Shown in pieces: positions 1-10,556 of a DNA stretch of 42,824 nucleotides. Made by a program: the position numbers and the translations under genes. The notes under the pieces were generated by a model. It worked only from the letters and a program-made list of their open reading frames with translations, was not told the origin of the DNA and ran no database searches. Location of the stretch: contig NZ_JAVLAZ010000011.1 of NCBI RefSeq assembly GCF_031581315.1, positions 1 to 42,824 on the forward strand, written 5' to 3'. The stretch comes from Thiohalophilus sp. GTDB taxonomy: Bacteria > Pseudomonadota > Gammaproteobacteria > UBA6429 > Thiohalophilaceae. Within the stretch, counting starts at the first letter, position 1; each line of letters begins with the position of its first letter.

Positions 1-20
1 TCATGAATATGCAGGTGTGA
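1..20 (+). CDS. fliE: 3' end of flagellar hook-basal body protein FliE (partial)
   Basis: atg aat atg cag gtg tga = MNMQV*, typical FliE C-terminus, directly upstream of fliF. Confidence 0.7.
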
Positions 21-137
21 GGCGTGAAGTAGCGAGGTCGCCAGATGGTTGAGGGAACGCAGGTTGTTTGAAAATGACCCTTCGTGCCGCTGCCCGGAAA
101 TTGTATTTATTATTTAACAACATGACAGTACACGATT

Positions 138-1769
138 ATGGATCTTGTCAAAGCTGAACAACTCAATGCGCCGTTTCAGGGGATGGTTAACCTGCCCGTG
201 TTGAAGCAGGCCGGTCTGCTGGTGGGCCTGGCCGCCAGTATTGCGCTGGGGGTGGCGATCGTACTGTGGTCCCGCACTCCCGACTACAGCATTCTCTACA
301 GCAGCGTTACCGGCCAGAGTGCCCAGGAGATGGTCCAGGTACTGTCGGGCGCGGGGATCAATTACCGGCTGGATCCCGACAGCGGCACCTTGATGGTGGA
401 CAGTGACAAATTGCATCAGGCCAAACTGAAACTGGCCGCGGCCAATCTTACCCAGACCGATGGCGTCGGCTTCGAATTACTGGAAGAAGCGGACGGTTTC
501 GGTTCCAGCTCGTTCATGCAAAATGCCCGTTTTCATCGTGCCCAGGAAGGCGAAATGGCACGTACCATCAGTTCGATCGCGGCCGTGCAGACCGCGCGGG
601 TGCATCTGGCCCTGCCCAAGCAGTCGGCGTTTATTCGCAGCCAGCGCCAGGCCAGTGCCTCGGTGATGCTCAAGTTGCGTCCGGGACGGCAACTGGAAAA
701 ACAGCAAATCAACGCGATCGTTAATCTGGTCTCGTCCAGTGTGCCGAACATGACCGCCTCGGAGGTGACGGTGGTCGATGATCAGGGGCGCCTGTTATCG
801 TCCGGCAAGGACCAGGAAGGGCTGGCCCTGACGGCCAGTCAGTTCGATCACAACCGCAAGGTGGAAGATTCCTACGCCAGCCGGATTGAAAACATACTGA
901 CCCCGCTGGTGGGGCGTGAGAATGTTCGCGCGACGGTCAGCGCCGATCTCGATTTTACCCGTACCGAGTCCACCCGCGAGGCCTATAACCCCGATGCCCC
1001 GGCGGTGCGCAGTGAGCAGTCGTTTGAAGAAGAAATCAATGGTTCGGCCATCGCCGGCGGGATTCCGGGCGCGTTGACCAATACGCCGCCAGGTCAGGCC
1101 CAGGCCCCCGAGGAAGTCAATGCTGCCACGGGTAATCAGACGCAAACCGATGAGACCGGCCAGGTTCGACGTCGCTCAACACGCAACTATGAGCTGGACC
1201 GCACCATCAGTCACAGTCGCAATGTGCCCGGCTCCATCCGTCGACTCTCCGTTGCCGTGGTGCTGGATGTGAAGCAGGGTGTGGATGCGGACGGCAATCC
1301 GGTTCCGACACCCTATACCGATGCGGAGCTGGAACGTTTTACCACGCTGGTCAAAGAAGCGGTCGGGTTTAACGCCGTGCGGGGCGATTCGGTCCAGGTG
1401 ATCAACGCCGAGTTTACCCCACCGGTACAACTGGAAGAGGTTCCGACCGAGTCGTTCTGGGAAAAACCGGGCTTCTGGTCGATTCTCAAGCAAGTGGGTG
1501 GTGCGCTGCTGGCTCTGCTAATCTTGTTTGGTGTGCTACGCCCGGTCATGCGCAGCCTGGCGAGCCACCGCCCGACCCGGGTCGTTGACCCTCAGACCGG
1601 TGAGGAACTTTCCGAGGATCAGCTCAGTCTCTCCGGCGGCGGTGGCGGACAGCCCCGTTTGCCCAAAGCGGCAACGTATGAAGATAATCTGAATATGGCC
1701 CGACAGCTGGCGGCCCAGGAACCCAAGCGCGTGGCCCAGGTGGTCAAAAGCTGGCTGGACGACAAATAA
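138..1769 (+). CDS. fliF: Flagellar MS-ring protein FliF
   Basis: 543 aa; two TM segments, GFELL, ARVHLALP, RLSVAVV, GFNAVRGD motifs. Confidence 0.97.
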   Translation: MDLVKAEQLNAPFQGMVNLPVLKQAGLLVGLAASIALGVAIVLWSRTPDYSILYSSVTGQSAQEMVQVLSGAGINYRLDPDSGTLMVDSDKLHQAKLKLAAANLTQTDGVGFELLEEADGFGSSSFMQNARFHRAQEGEMARTISSIAAVQTARVHLALPKQSAFIRSQRQASASVMLKLRPGRQLEKQQINAIVNLVSSSVPNMTASEVTVVDDQGRLLSSGKDQEGLALTASQFDHNRKVEDSYASRIENILTPLVGRENVRATVSADLDFTRTESTREAYNPDAPAVRSEQSFEEEINGSAIAGGIPGALTNTPPGQAQAPEEVNAATGNQTQTDETGQVRRRSTRNYELDRTISHSRNVPGSIRRLSVAVVLDVKQGVDADGNPVPTPYTDAELERFTTLVKEAVGFNAVRGDSVQVINAEFTPPVQLEEVPTESFWEKPGFWSILKQVGGALLALLILFGVLRPVMRSLASHRPTRVVDPQTGEELSEDQLSLSGGGGGQPRLPKAATYEDNLNMARQLAAQEPKRVAQVVKSWLDDK

Positions 1770-1793
1770 GTTCGCGGCAGGATAGTAATCGAT

Positions 1794-2813
1794 ATGGCAG
1801 AAGCAGATTCCAAAGGTAAAAACATCACCGGCACGGAGCGTGCCGCCGTGCTGTTGATGACGCTGGGCGAGCAGGATGCGGCAGCCATCCTCAAGCACAT
1901 GAGCCCCAAGGAGGTCCAGCGGGTGGGTGAAGCCATGGCGACCATGAGCAATGTGAACCGGGAAACCGTGGATCACGTGTTGGCACAGTTTTGCGATACG
2001 GTGGATGAACAGACCGAACTGGGTATCGGCAACGAGGACTATTTGCGTAATGTCCTGGTTAGCGCGCTGGGCGAGGACAAGGCCGGCAATGTGATCGACC
2101 GTATCCTGATGGGTCACAATGCCAAGGGGCTGGAAACCCTCAAATGGATGGAACCGCGCGCCATTGCCGAACTGATTCGTCTCGAGCATCCACAGATTAT
2201 CGCGATCGTGCTCTCTTATCTGGAAAGTGATCATGCCGCCGAAGTGCTGTCGGCGTTACCGGAGAATATGCGCACCGATGTCGTTATCCGGGTTGCTACA
2301 CTCGACGGTATTCAGCCCAGCGCCCTGCATGAACTCGACGAGACGCTGGAAAAACAGTTTGCGGGACATGCAGACAGTCTCAAGTCGGCAGGGGTCGGTG
2401 GTGTCAAAACCGTCGCCAACCTGCTTAACTTTGTCGACACCAGCCTCGAGTCGCAAATCATGGATATGGTCAAGCAGCAGGACGAGGAGCTTGGCCAGAA
2501 CATACAGGAACAGATGTTTGTCTTCGATAACCTGATAGACGTGGACGATCGCGGCATCCAGTCGTTGTTGCGCGAAATCTCTTCCGAGAATCTGATCGTG
2601 GCATTGAAGGGCGCCGACGAAAGCGTTAAAGACAAGATCGTCAAGAATATGTCCAAACGGGCCTCCGAGATGTTGCTCGACGATCTGGATGCCAAGGGTC
2701 CGGTACGGCTCAGCGAAGTGGAGACCGCGCAGAAGGAAATTCTGACGGTGGCACGGCGCATGGCGGAGTCGGGCGAAATATCATTAGGCGGCAGCGGCGA
2801 TGAGTTCGTCTAA
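1794..2813 (+). CDS. fliG: Flagellar motor switch protein FliG
   Basis: EHPQIIA, MFVFDNL, GPVRLSEVE motifs. Confidence 0.98.
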   Translation: MAEADSKGKNITGTERAAVLLMTLGEQDAAAILKHMSPKEVQRVGEAMATMSNVNRETVDHVLAQFCDTVDEQTELGIGNEDYLRNVLVSALGEDKAGNVIDRILMGHNAKGLETLKWMEPRAIAELIRLEHPQIIAIVLSYLESDHAAEVLSALPENMRTDVVIRVATLDGIQPSALHELDETLEKQFAGHADSLKSAGVGGVKTVANLLNFVDTSLESQIMDMVKQQDEELGQNIQEQMFVFDNLIDVDDRGIQSLLREISSENLIVALKGADESVKDKIVKNMSKRASEMLLDDLDAKGPVRLSEVETAQKEILTVARRMAESGEISLGGSGDEFV

Positions 2814-3453
2814 GGAGGTCGACAATCAGCAGTCCGCCTATGAGCGTTGGGAACTGCCCCACGTTCATGACGATGCCACATCACGTTCCCCGGCTACTGC
2901 CTCACAACTGGAAGCCGTACAGCAACAGGCGTATGAAGAAGGCTTTGCCCAGGGGAAGCAGGAAGGCTTCGACAAGGGACTGGCCGATGGACAGGAGGAA
3001 ATCCGGCGTCGGGTTGAACAACTGGAACGCCTGATGTCGGCATTGACCGAGCCGTTTGCCGAACTGGATGAACAGGTGATCGAGCAGACCGGCCAACTGG
3101 CCATGGACGTCGCCCGGCATGTTATTCGCCGTGAGCTGAAAACCGAACCGGGGCAGGTCATCGCTGTGGTGCGCGAGGCCGTCAATGCCCTGCCAGTCAG
3201 TGCCCGCAATATCCGGGTTCAGTTACATCCCGAAGATGCTCAACTGGTGCGCGAAGCGCTGTCCCTCAATGAAACCGACAGCGACAACCGGTTGTGGCAG
3301 GTAGTGGAAGAACCACTGATCAGTCGTGGCGGGTGCAAGGTGGTGGCGGAAAACTCGACCATCGATGCGACTATCGAAAAACAGATTGCCCGAATCTCAA
3401 CGGCCGTGTTTGGCGGGGAGCGTGTCAGCGATGGCGACGATTCCGACAACTGA
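2800..3453 (+). CDS. fliH: Flagellar assembly protein FliH
   Basis: W-ELP N-terminus, GxxxG repeats ([17 protein letters not shown]), LHPED, GGC motifs. Confidence 0.95.
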   Translation: MSSSKEVDNQQSAYERWELPHVHDDATSRSPATASQLEAVQQQAYEEGFAQGKQEGFDKGLADGQEEIRRRVEQLERLMSALTEPFAELDEQVIEQTGQLAMDVARHVIRRELKTEPGQVIAVVREAVNALPVSARNIRVQLHPEDAQLVREALSLNETDSDNRLWQVVEEPLISRGGCKVVAENSTIDATIEKQIARISTAVFGGERVSDGDDSDN

Positions 3454-4825
3454 GCGCAGTAACAAATGGCGACAGGGTCTCGATACCCTGTCCGGTCGCC
3501 TGCAACAGGTGGAAACCCTGATTGTCGAAGGGCGGCTCAGCCGGATGGTCGGCCTGACCCTGGAAGCGGTTGGCTGTCAGTCAGTGATCGGAGCCCGCTG
3601 CCTGGTCGAAAGCGAAGACAGTGACAGCATTGAAGCCGAGGTGGTCGGGTTTGCAGGTGAAAAACTGTTTTTAATGCCTACCGGGAATATTCATGGTATC
3701 CATCCCAATGCCCGGGTGATCCCCACCAATCGCGTGTATGAGACGGTTGTGGGGGACGGCGTGCTGGGCCGGGTGCTCGACGGTGCCGGCAAACCGCTGG
3801 ACGGACGTGGCCCCCTGATGGCCTCCGAACGCATGCCGTTGACCGGCAAACCGATCAACCCGCTGGAGCGTGCCCCGATCAGTGCCCCGCTGGACGTGGG
3901 CGTGCGCGCCATCAATGCCCTGTTAAGCGTCGGTCGCGGCCAGCGTATGGGGTTGTTTGCCGGCAGTGGTGTCGGCAAGAGTGTCCTGCTGGGCATGATG
4001 ACCCGCTATACCGCCGCGGATGTGATCGTCGTCGGTATGATCGGCGAACGCGGCCGCGAGGTGAAAGAGTTCATTGATAACATTCTCGGCCCCGAAGGCA
4101 TGGCGCGTGCCTGCGTGGTGGCGGTGCCGGCGGACCAGACACCGGTGATGCGCATGCACGGCGCCTTTCTGGCAACCAGTATCGCCGAGTATTTTCGCGA
4201 TCAGGGCAAGCATGTTCTGTTGCTGATGGATTCATTGACCCGTTTCGCCCAGGCCCAGCGGGAAATCGCCCTGGCCATTGGCGAGCCCCCTGTGACCAAG
4301 GGCTATCCGCCGTCGGTCTTCGCGCGCATGCCGCAGCTGGTGGAGCGAGCCGGTAACGGCCCCAGCGGCGGAGGTTCGATTACCGGATTTTATACGGTGC
4401 TGACCGAAGGTGACGATCAACAGGAACCGATTGCCGATGCCTCGCGGGCAATACTCGATGGGCATATTGTGCTGTCACGCCAACTGGCCGAGTCGGGGCA
4501 TTATCCGGCGATCGACGTGGAAGCCTCGATCAGCCGGGCGATGAATGCGATTGTCTCAAACGAACAGCAAAAGCAAGTGCAGCGCTTCAAGCAACTTTAT
4601 TCCACCTATCAGCGTAATAGTGATCTGATCAGTGTTGGTGCCTATGCCCGTGGCAGTGATTCTCGAATTGATGAGGCGATTGCCATGCATCCAACATTGA
4701 TGGCGTTCCTGCGTCAGGATATGCATCAGCCGACCAACTGGCAGGAGAGTCTCAATCAGCTGGAGCAGCTATTGTCGGAACCGACAAACACGCCCCAACC
4801 GGAAGTCCCGATGGTGACGATCTGA
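3431..4825 (+). CDS. fliI: Flagellar export ATPase FliI
   Basis: Walker [28 protein letters not shown]; start moved to ATG 3431 (GGGGAG RBS upstream). Confidence 0.97.
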   Translation: MATIPTTERSNKWRQGLDTLSGRLQQVETLIVEGRLSRMVGLTLEAVGCQSVIGARCLVESEDSDSIEAEVVGFAGEKLFLMPTGNIHGIHPNARVIPTNRVYETVVGDGVLGRVLDGAGKPLDGRGPLMASERMPLTGKPINPLERAPISAPLDVGVRAINALLSVGRGQRMGLFAGSGVGKSVLLGMMTRYTAADVIVVGMIGERGREVKEFIDNILGPEGMARACVVAVPADQTPVMRMHGAFLATSIAEYFRDQGKHVLLLMDSLTRFAQAQREIALAIGEPPVTKGYPPSVFARMPQLVERAGNGPSGGGSITGFYTVLTEGDDQQEPIADASRAILDGHIVLSRQLAESGHYPAIDVEASISRAMNAIVSNEQQKQVQRFKQLYSTYQRNSDLISVGAYARGSDSRIDEAIAMHPTLMAFLRQDMHQPTNWQESLNQLEQLLSEPTNTPQPEVPMVTI

Positions 4826-4826
4826 G

Positions 4827-5273
4827 ATGAAAAAATCCGACCGTATCAAATCGCTCATGCACCTGGCGGAAAAGCAGGAACAGCAGGCCGTACGCGATCT
4901 GGGTCAGGCACGACAGCAAATGGAAGCCCAGCAGACTAAACTGGAAGAACTGCGTGAATACCGCGAGGAGTACCGGCGGCGCTTTTTGCAGGATGGCGAG
5001 CAGGGGATCAGTGGTTCCCAGTTACAACATTTCCAGGCTTTCATGTGCCAGCTGGATCAGGCGATCGAAAATCAACACCAGGTGGTCGAACAACTGGCCG
5101 GGCAGTGCCGGCAACAAACCGATCATTGGCAACAGCGCCATCAACAGACCCGCATTCTGGACAAAACCCGGGATCGCTTTGCGCGCCACGAACGTCATCA
5201 GGCCGAACGGCAGGAACAGCGCGAAAATGATGATCTGGCCGGGGCCCGGCACAAGCCGAACAAACCGTCCTGA
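4827..5273 (+). CDS. fliJ: Flagellar export protein FliJ
   Basis: 148 aa coiled coil after fliI; YREEY, FMCQLDQAI, EQRENDD motifs. Confidence 0.93.
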   Translation: MKKSDRIKSLMHLAEKQEQQAVRDLGQARQQMEAQQTKLEELREYREEYRRRFLQDGEQGISGSQLQHFQAFMCQLDQAIENQHQVVEQLAGQCRQQTDHWQQRHQQTRILDKTRDRFARHERHQAERQEQRENDDLAGARHKPNKPS

Positions 5274-5371
5274 GGGACCGGGAACCGGTAGATCGAGTCG
5301 GCCCGATCTTCCCCTTGCGGGACAGGAAAAATAAGACAGTAACAGACTTCATTCCCCGTCCCTGAGCGGTT

Positions 5372-5386
5372 TGGCATACCCCTTGC
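5372..5386 (+). promoter_or_regulatory. sigma-54 promoter upstream of fliK
   Basis: TGGCAT-acccc-TTGC, GG-N10-GC spacing. Confidence 0.7.
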
Positions 5387-5421
5387 AGTTACCCAGACAA
5401 ACCGCTGTGGAGAACACATTC

Positions 5422-6567
5422 ATGTCTGAAGCTGCAATGATGTTGCTGTCGGGGAAACCAACTGCCAAGGGTCAGGGTGCCGTCGAGAACGCGCGTCAGG
5501 GCGAGGCGGGGACGCAGCCCGATGGCACGGCGCCGCCGCAATTGTTCGGTGGCCTGTTGCTGAAAATGCTGAATACCGAAGGGGAGCAGGCGGCCCTGCA
5601 ATTGCCGCCAGCGGCAACCGCCGGGGAGCAAAGCGGCAACAGCTTGCCGTCGGAATCGCCGGCCATCGCCTGGTCTGCCCTGATGGTCTGGGATGAGTTG
5701 CCGCGCACTGACGGACAGGCCGTTCTGCCCACCGGTGGCCGACCTGAGACTATGTTGAGTCGCGAGGCCCAGGCGGCCGCCAGTTTCCTGTTACGCCAGG
5801 CCAATCCGTTGCAAGCCAATTTACAACCGGGGGCGCAAGGCGAAGCGATGAGCCAGGTCGCCGGCGGCACGTTCCAGAATAGCGACGAGCTTTTCAACCA
5901 GAATCTGCTCAAGTTACTCACCGAGCAAAGCAGCAACCGGGTTGTCGATCCACGTCAATCGGCCACTTTGCTGACGGCCCCAGAGAGTACCGAAACGGGT
6001 TTGAACGGTTCGCTTTCCCTGAATGCCGGCTCCTCCACTTCACAGCAGGGGCAGTTCAATCAATTACTGGCGGGACTCGGGGGAATGAACAGCGCCGGAG
6101 GACAACGCCCCGAAATGCAATTGCCGCCAATGACGGTTTCGCCGCAGCATCCGAACTGGAGTAACGGGATTGGTGAGCGGATCCAGTGGATGGTCGGCCA
6201 GAACATGCAAAAGGCCGAGATTCGTCTTGAACCCCCGGAACTGGGCTCTCTGGAGCTGCGGGTGACGATCAATCGCGATCAGGCCAGTCTGAGCATTACC
6301 GCCGCCAATCCCCAGGTGCGGGATGCGGTGGAAGCCGCGGCTCCCCGGTTACGGGAGATGTTCGGCGAGGTGGGTCTTGATCTGGGCGATGTGAATGTGT
6401 CCCAGGAATCGTTCGCCGAACAGCAACAAACCGGCGATAACCCGGACACCCAGGGCCAGGGGCTCGCCCGTGGCGATGAGCCCGGGGAGGATAGCGAGTC
6501 GTCCGCCGACAGTGGAGAAACCCGGCTCAATTCGAGCGACAACGGGTTACTGGATCTTTATGCCTGA
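5422..6567 (+). CDS. fliK: Flagellar hook-length control protein FliK
   Basis: Low-complexity N-terminus; C-terminal AEIRLEPPELG...PRLREMF...LLDLYA; start ATG 5422 after GGAG. Confidence 0.93.
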   Translation: MSEAAMMLLSGKPTAKGQGAVENARQGEAGTQPDGTAPPQLFGGLLLKMLNTEGEQAALQLPPAATAGEQSGNSLPSESPAIAWSALMVWDELPRTDGQAVLPTGGRPETMLSREAQAAASFLLRQANPLQANLQPGAQGEAMSQVAGGTFQNSDELFNQNLLKLLTEQSSNRVVDPRQSATLLTAPESTETGLNGSLSLNAGSSTSQQGQFNQLLAGLGGMNSAGGQRPEMQLPPMTVSPQHPNWSNGIGERIQWMVGQNMQKAEIRLEPPELGSLELRVTINRDQASLSITAANPQVRDAVEAAAPRLREMFGEVGLDLGDVNVSQESFAEQQQTGDNPDTQGQGLARGDEPGEDSESSADSGETRLNSSDNGLLDLYA

Positions 6568-6668
6568 GCCAGCGGTGGTTGTCCGTCCCGGCGAGGGTTT
6601 TCGCAGGCCTGTCGTCAAACGGTGGCGGATTCATGACACCGCAGCCGGGTGATAGAACAGGGTAAATG

Positions 6669-6725
6669 TAAGATGTTGATTATAAATCAGTTAATAATCT
6701 TCAGAGAATGGGCACGCTTTCTGCA
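6669..6725 (+). promoter_or_regulatory. IHF site plus sigma-54 promoter upstream of fliA
   Basis: IHF consensus AATCAAcatcTTA on minus strand (6669-6681); GGGCAC-gcttt-CTGC at 6710-6724 (GG-N10-GC). Confidence 0.6.
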
Positions 6726-6815
6726 TCTGGCTGTTCGATACGGTTTGATACAGAAGTATTCAAGTTGCCGCCTTCGGCTACCGACATTACAGCAATCACA
6801 AACAGGTGAATTCTG

Positions 6816-7544
6816 ATGCCGCTTTCGATGTACAGCACCAGCCAGCTCAGCGAAGCCGACCAGCTCGTGGAGACGCACGGGCCGCTGGTGCAGAAGATCG
6901 CCTACCATCTGATGTCCCGCCTGCCCGCCAGTGTGGTGGTGGATGATCTGATCCAGGTCGGCATGCTCGGACTGCTGGATGCGGCCCAGCATTATGATCC
7001 GTCCCAGGGGGCCACGTTTGAAACCTATGCCACTATCCGCATCCGCGGGGCGATGCTGGATGAACTGCGCCGCAATGACTGGGCCCCCAAATCCGTGCAT
7101 CGCCGGGCACGGGATCTGATGGAGTGTGTGCAACAGATCGAGGCAGACACCGGGCGCGAGGCCCGGCCAGGCGATGTTGCCGGGATGATGGGGATTACCC
7201 TTAACGAATATCACCAGATCCTGCAGGAGACCAACAGTTGTCGTATTCTCAGTTTTGTGGATATTGGGGTCGATGACGGTCAACTGGGGGATAACTACAA
7301 GGCCGGACAGACCACACCGCTGGATGGACTGGAAGAGACGCGCTTTCAGGAGCATCTGGTCGAGGCTATCGAGGCGCTGCCGGAACGCGAGAAACTGGTT
7401 ATTGGCCTCTATTATGACGAGGAATTCAATCTGCGCGAAATTGGCGAGGTACTGGGGGTGAGCGAATCCCGGGTCAGCCAGTTAATGAGCCAGGCACACC
7501 TGCGTATGCGCAAGCACCTGTCCGATTACACCACCCGGGATTGA
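6816..7544 (+). CDS. fliA: RNA polymerase sigma-28 factor FliA
   Basis: DDLIQVGMLGLL, FETYATIRIRGAMLDELR, EIGEVLGVSESRVSQ. Confidence 0.95.
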   Translation: MPLSMYSTSQLSEADQLVETHGPLVQKIAYHLMSRLPASVVVDDLIQVGMLGLLDAAQHYDPSQGATFETYATIRIRGAMLDELRRNDWAPKSVHRRARDLMECVQQIEADTGREARPGDVAGMMGITLNEYHQILQETNSCRILSFVDIGVDDGQLGDNYKAGQTTPLDGLEETRFQEHLVEAIEALPEREKLVIGLYYDEEFNLREIGEVLGVSESRVSQLMSQAHLRMRKHLSDYTTRD

Positions 7545-7772
7545 TCCCGCCCCACGCCGGCGTTTTACGGGTCTGGCTCACAGAACGCTTCTTCGCAGGC
7601 CGACACGGCTCGCATCGACGCCTGAATACTCTATACTCACCGTTGTTAAGCCTTTGATAACTAAAATAACGGCGGATGTTCTGTGATCCGCTTATCGGTT
7701 TTGTCAGCTTGAATACCGTTACCATGCCCGGGTTGGAACCGTTATGTTCTGACAGGATGTGAGGAGATAATA

Positions 7773-9209
7773 ATGAGTGATATATTAATGATTGTGCCCG
7801 GCAGCGTTTTATTGAGCGTGCTGATCTGGTTCATTATTCTGAGTTTTGTTCTGTGGGCAGCGCGTGCTCATGCCCATCGCGCTATCCGCTCCTTCGGCCA
7901 GGTGCTGCACGGCGCCATGCGCCTGACCGCGACGGCCATTATGCGCGCCGAAAAACGTCTGCTTGAACGCAACCGTGAGGTATTGCTGAACCAGGGCAGG
8001 GAAGCCACCGAACGCATTATCGAAAGGGAGTTTGAGCGGATTGATGCCACCGTGCGCAAGGACCTGGCGGAGTATCCCTCACTGCATCGTCAGTTGAGCG
8101 AGGAAATTGCCAAGATTGACGAAGATTACAAGGAAAGCACCGAAGTGCCACCGGAACCGCCGGCCTGGGTCAAGGCGGTGGAAGCTGTCGCCAAGATTCC
8201 GTCCACCAAGGGTGATCCGATGGTCGGCAATGTCCTCGAGGATATCCATCAATCCCTGGTCAAGGCCAACACCCGGGCGCTGGAAGAGTATCGCAAGGCC
8301 AGTCATAAACGCCACCAGCTGCTGAATAACATGATGCCGCACTGGCGCAACGTCAAACAGATACTCGGCAAGGTCGACAAGAACGTCAACAGCCTGTTGC
8401 AGCGTTCGGTCACCATCGATCGGCATATGGAAGAGTATGAAAATATCCAGAAACACAGTAATCGTGCTCTGGAAATGCTCTCTTCCTCGTCCATCACCCA
8501 GTTTTTTATCTCTTCATTTGTACTGATTATCGCCATTGGCGGGGCCATGATTAACTTCAACCTGATCGCCTTGCCCATGTCGGAAATGGTAGGGGCGAAA
8601 AGTGAAATTATCGGCATGCCAACCTCGGACGTGGCCGCGCTGGTGATCATTCTCGTGGAAATCGCCATGGGCCTGTTCTTGATGGAATCGCTACGGATTA
8701 CCCGGTTGTTTCCGATTATCGGCGCACTGCCGGACAAGATGCGGGTGCGAATGATCTGGATAACCTTCACTATACTGCTTGTTCTGGCCTCGGTGGAAGC
8801 CGGCCTGGCCTATATGCGTGAATGGCTGGTTGAAATGAAACAGGCCTCTATGTTGACTGGCGGCGAGGAGGCCCTGCAGGGCGGTTATCTGTGGATTACC
8901 ACTGCCGCGCAGATGGGGCTGGGCTTTATGTTGCCATTTGCACTCGTATTTGTGGCGATTCCGCTTGAGTCTTTCGTGCATTCCCTGCGCACCGTGCTGG
9001 GAATCATCGGTGTTGCATTCCTGCGTAGCCTGGCATGGCTTCTCAGGTTTGTTGGCAACATCTCTCGCTATGCCGCGAGGGTGCTTGAAAATATCTATGA
9101 TCTGGTTATTTTTGCGCCCCTGTTAATTGAACGGCTGGTAGCGGCAAACAAGGAATCAGGAAAAGGCGGAGATAAAAGCAAGAAAATCGATACCGTATCC
9201 GCAATTTAA
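7773..9209 (+). CDS. Hypothetical membrane protein (N-terminal TM, long coiled coil, ~4 further TMs)
   Basis: 478 aa ORF, strong GAGGAG RBS, hydrophobicity pattern. Confidence 0.8.
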   Translation: MSDILMIVPGSVLLSVLIWFIILSFVLWAARAHAHRAIRSFGQVLHGAMRLTATAIMRAEKRLLERNREVLLNQGREATERIIEREFERIDATVRKDLAEYPSLHRQLSEEIAKIDEDYKESTEVPPEPPAWVKAVEAVAKIPSTKGDPMVGNVLEDIHQSLVKANTRALEEYRKASHKRHQLLNNMMPHWRNVKQILGKVDKNVNSLLQRSVTIDRHMEEYENIQKHSNRALEMLSSSSITQFFISSFVLIIAIGGAMINFNLIALPMSEMVGAKSEIIGMPTSDVAALVIILVEIAMGLFLMESLRITRLFPIIGALPDKMRVRMIWITFTILLVLASVEAGLAYMREWLVEMKQASMLTGGEEALQGGYLWITTAAQMGLGFMLPFALVFVAIPLESFVHSLRTVLGIIGVAFLRSLAWLLRFVGNISRYAARVLENIYDLVIFAPLLIERLVAANKESGKGGDKSKKIDTVSAI

Positions 9210-9218
9210 GGGGGAATA

Positions 9219-9881
9219 ATGAAACCAACCAAACTGCTTATTCTGATAATGGTGGTTGCTCTGGCCGTTGTCAGTGGCTGCTCAAGGCATAACAAGGCGC
9301 GCGATCACGGTGTCTATATGCTGCTGGATACATCGGGCACCTACACCGAGCAGTTGACTGATGCACAGCGCATTATCAACTACATTTTGAGCGAGCTCGA
9401 GCCGGGCGATACATTTGCCGTGGCTCGTATTGACACCGGCAGCTTCAGCGGCAAGGATATTGTTCATCGGCAAACGTTCGATACACGTCCCAGCCAGGCC
9501 AATGCGCAACGCCGAAAATTTCGTGAGACGATCGACACGTTTGTCAAAGAGGTGAAACCCAGTTCTTATACCGATATTACCGGCGGTATCCTGCAGGCGA
9601 TCGAGCATCTCAATGAAGTCGGGCCGGGGAACAAGACGATTCTGATCTTCTCCGATATGAAAGAGGATCTGAAAGAGGGTTATGTGCGTGATATACCGCT
9701 GCAGCTGGATGGCTTCAATGTGGTGGCCCTGAACGTTATCAAGTTAAGCAGTGATAATGTTGACCCGCGCAAATACATGAACCGCCTGGAAGCGTGGCAG
9801 AACCGGGTCGAATCCGGGGGCGGCCAGTGGAAGATGGTTAATGACATGGAACGCCTGGAGTCGGTCATGGATTTTGATTGA
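9219..9881 (+). CDS. VWA-domain lipoprotein
   Basis: Lipobox VSGC; MIDAS-like DTSGT, TDI, IFSD; GGGGGA RBS. Confidence 0.8.
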   Translation: MKPTKLLILIMVVALAVVSGCSRHNKARDHGVYMLLDTSGTYTEQLTDAQRIINYILSELEPGDTFAVARIDTGSFSGKDIVHRQTFDTRPSQANAQRRKFRETIDTFVKEVKPSSYTDITGGILQAIEHLNEVGPGNKTILIFSDMKEDLKEGYVRDIPLQLDGFNVVALNVIKLSSDNVDPRKYMNRLEAWQNRVESGGGQWKMVNDMERLESVMDFD

Positions 9882-9908
9882 AGTAGAAGTTGTCGAACTT
9901 CACTAAAG

Positions 9909-9941
9909 ACGGGCCGTCGGGTGACTGACGGCCCGTTTTTT
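9909..9941 (+). terminator. Intrinsic terminator
   Basis: acgggccgtc...gacggcccgt stem followed by T run. Confidence 0.85.
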
Positions 9942-10056
9942 GTGCGGACATCGAGCCGGTTTTGTCGCTTTTCCTCCGTCTCTCCGCCGTCATCCTGCCC
10001 TTTTCGGTGGGCGCGGGCCTACACATCCCGCAGCCGCAGTGGTAACCTGTGAAGGT

Positions 10057-10083
10057 TCAAGATTCTCATGGTCGGACCGATAG
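10057..10083 (+). promoter_or_regulatory. Candidate sigma-28 promoter
   Basis: TCAA-N15-ACCGATAG versus consensus TAAA-N15-GCCGATAA. Confidence 0.5.
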
Positions 10084-10112
10084 ATACTGCATGATTTACT
10101 GATTAAAGTCTG

Positions 10113-10556
10113 ATGAGTCATACAATTGCACAACACCGACGCCGGCAACCGATGTGGTTCTATGAAAAGAACTATCGGTTTTTGTGCCTGTTGCTGCCGG
10201 ACTTGCACCATGGCCGTCAGGAGAGTTATCAAATCACACATGAGCAGCACAGACTGGATATTCAGGTCACCGAATTTGGCCCCTATACCCAGCGGTTGCA
10301 GCTATCTCAACGCTTTGATGCCAGCTCGGCACTATTGCGCGATCTCAGTATGAGCGTGCGTGTTTACCATGATGCCATGCTTGCAGAAGTGATCGGGTAT
10401 CAGGGGGTGGAGCGACTGCTGGCGCGGTATGAGCTGCCCAACAGCGGCATGTTGTTACCTGACGAGAAACGCCAGGCGAATCTATTATTGCATGACTGGT
10501 TAACCGTATTCATTAACCGTCATCGGCAGGCCGATCGCAGTGTCACCCTGTCATGA
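10113..10556 (+). CDS. DUF1249 (YqiB-like) protein
   Basis: YEKNY..L..LLP, PYT, VRVYHDAMLAEV, PDEKRQANLLL.DWL motifs. Confidence 0.85.
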   Translation: MSHTIAQHRRRQPMWFYEKNYRFLCLLLPDLHHGRQESYQITHEQHRLDIQVTEFGPYTQRLQLSQRFDASSALLRDLSMSVRVYHDAMLAEVIGYQGVERLLARYELPNSGMLLPDEKRQANLLLHDWLTVFINRHRQADRSVTLS

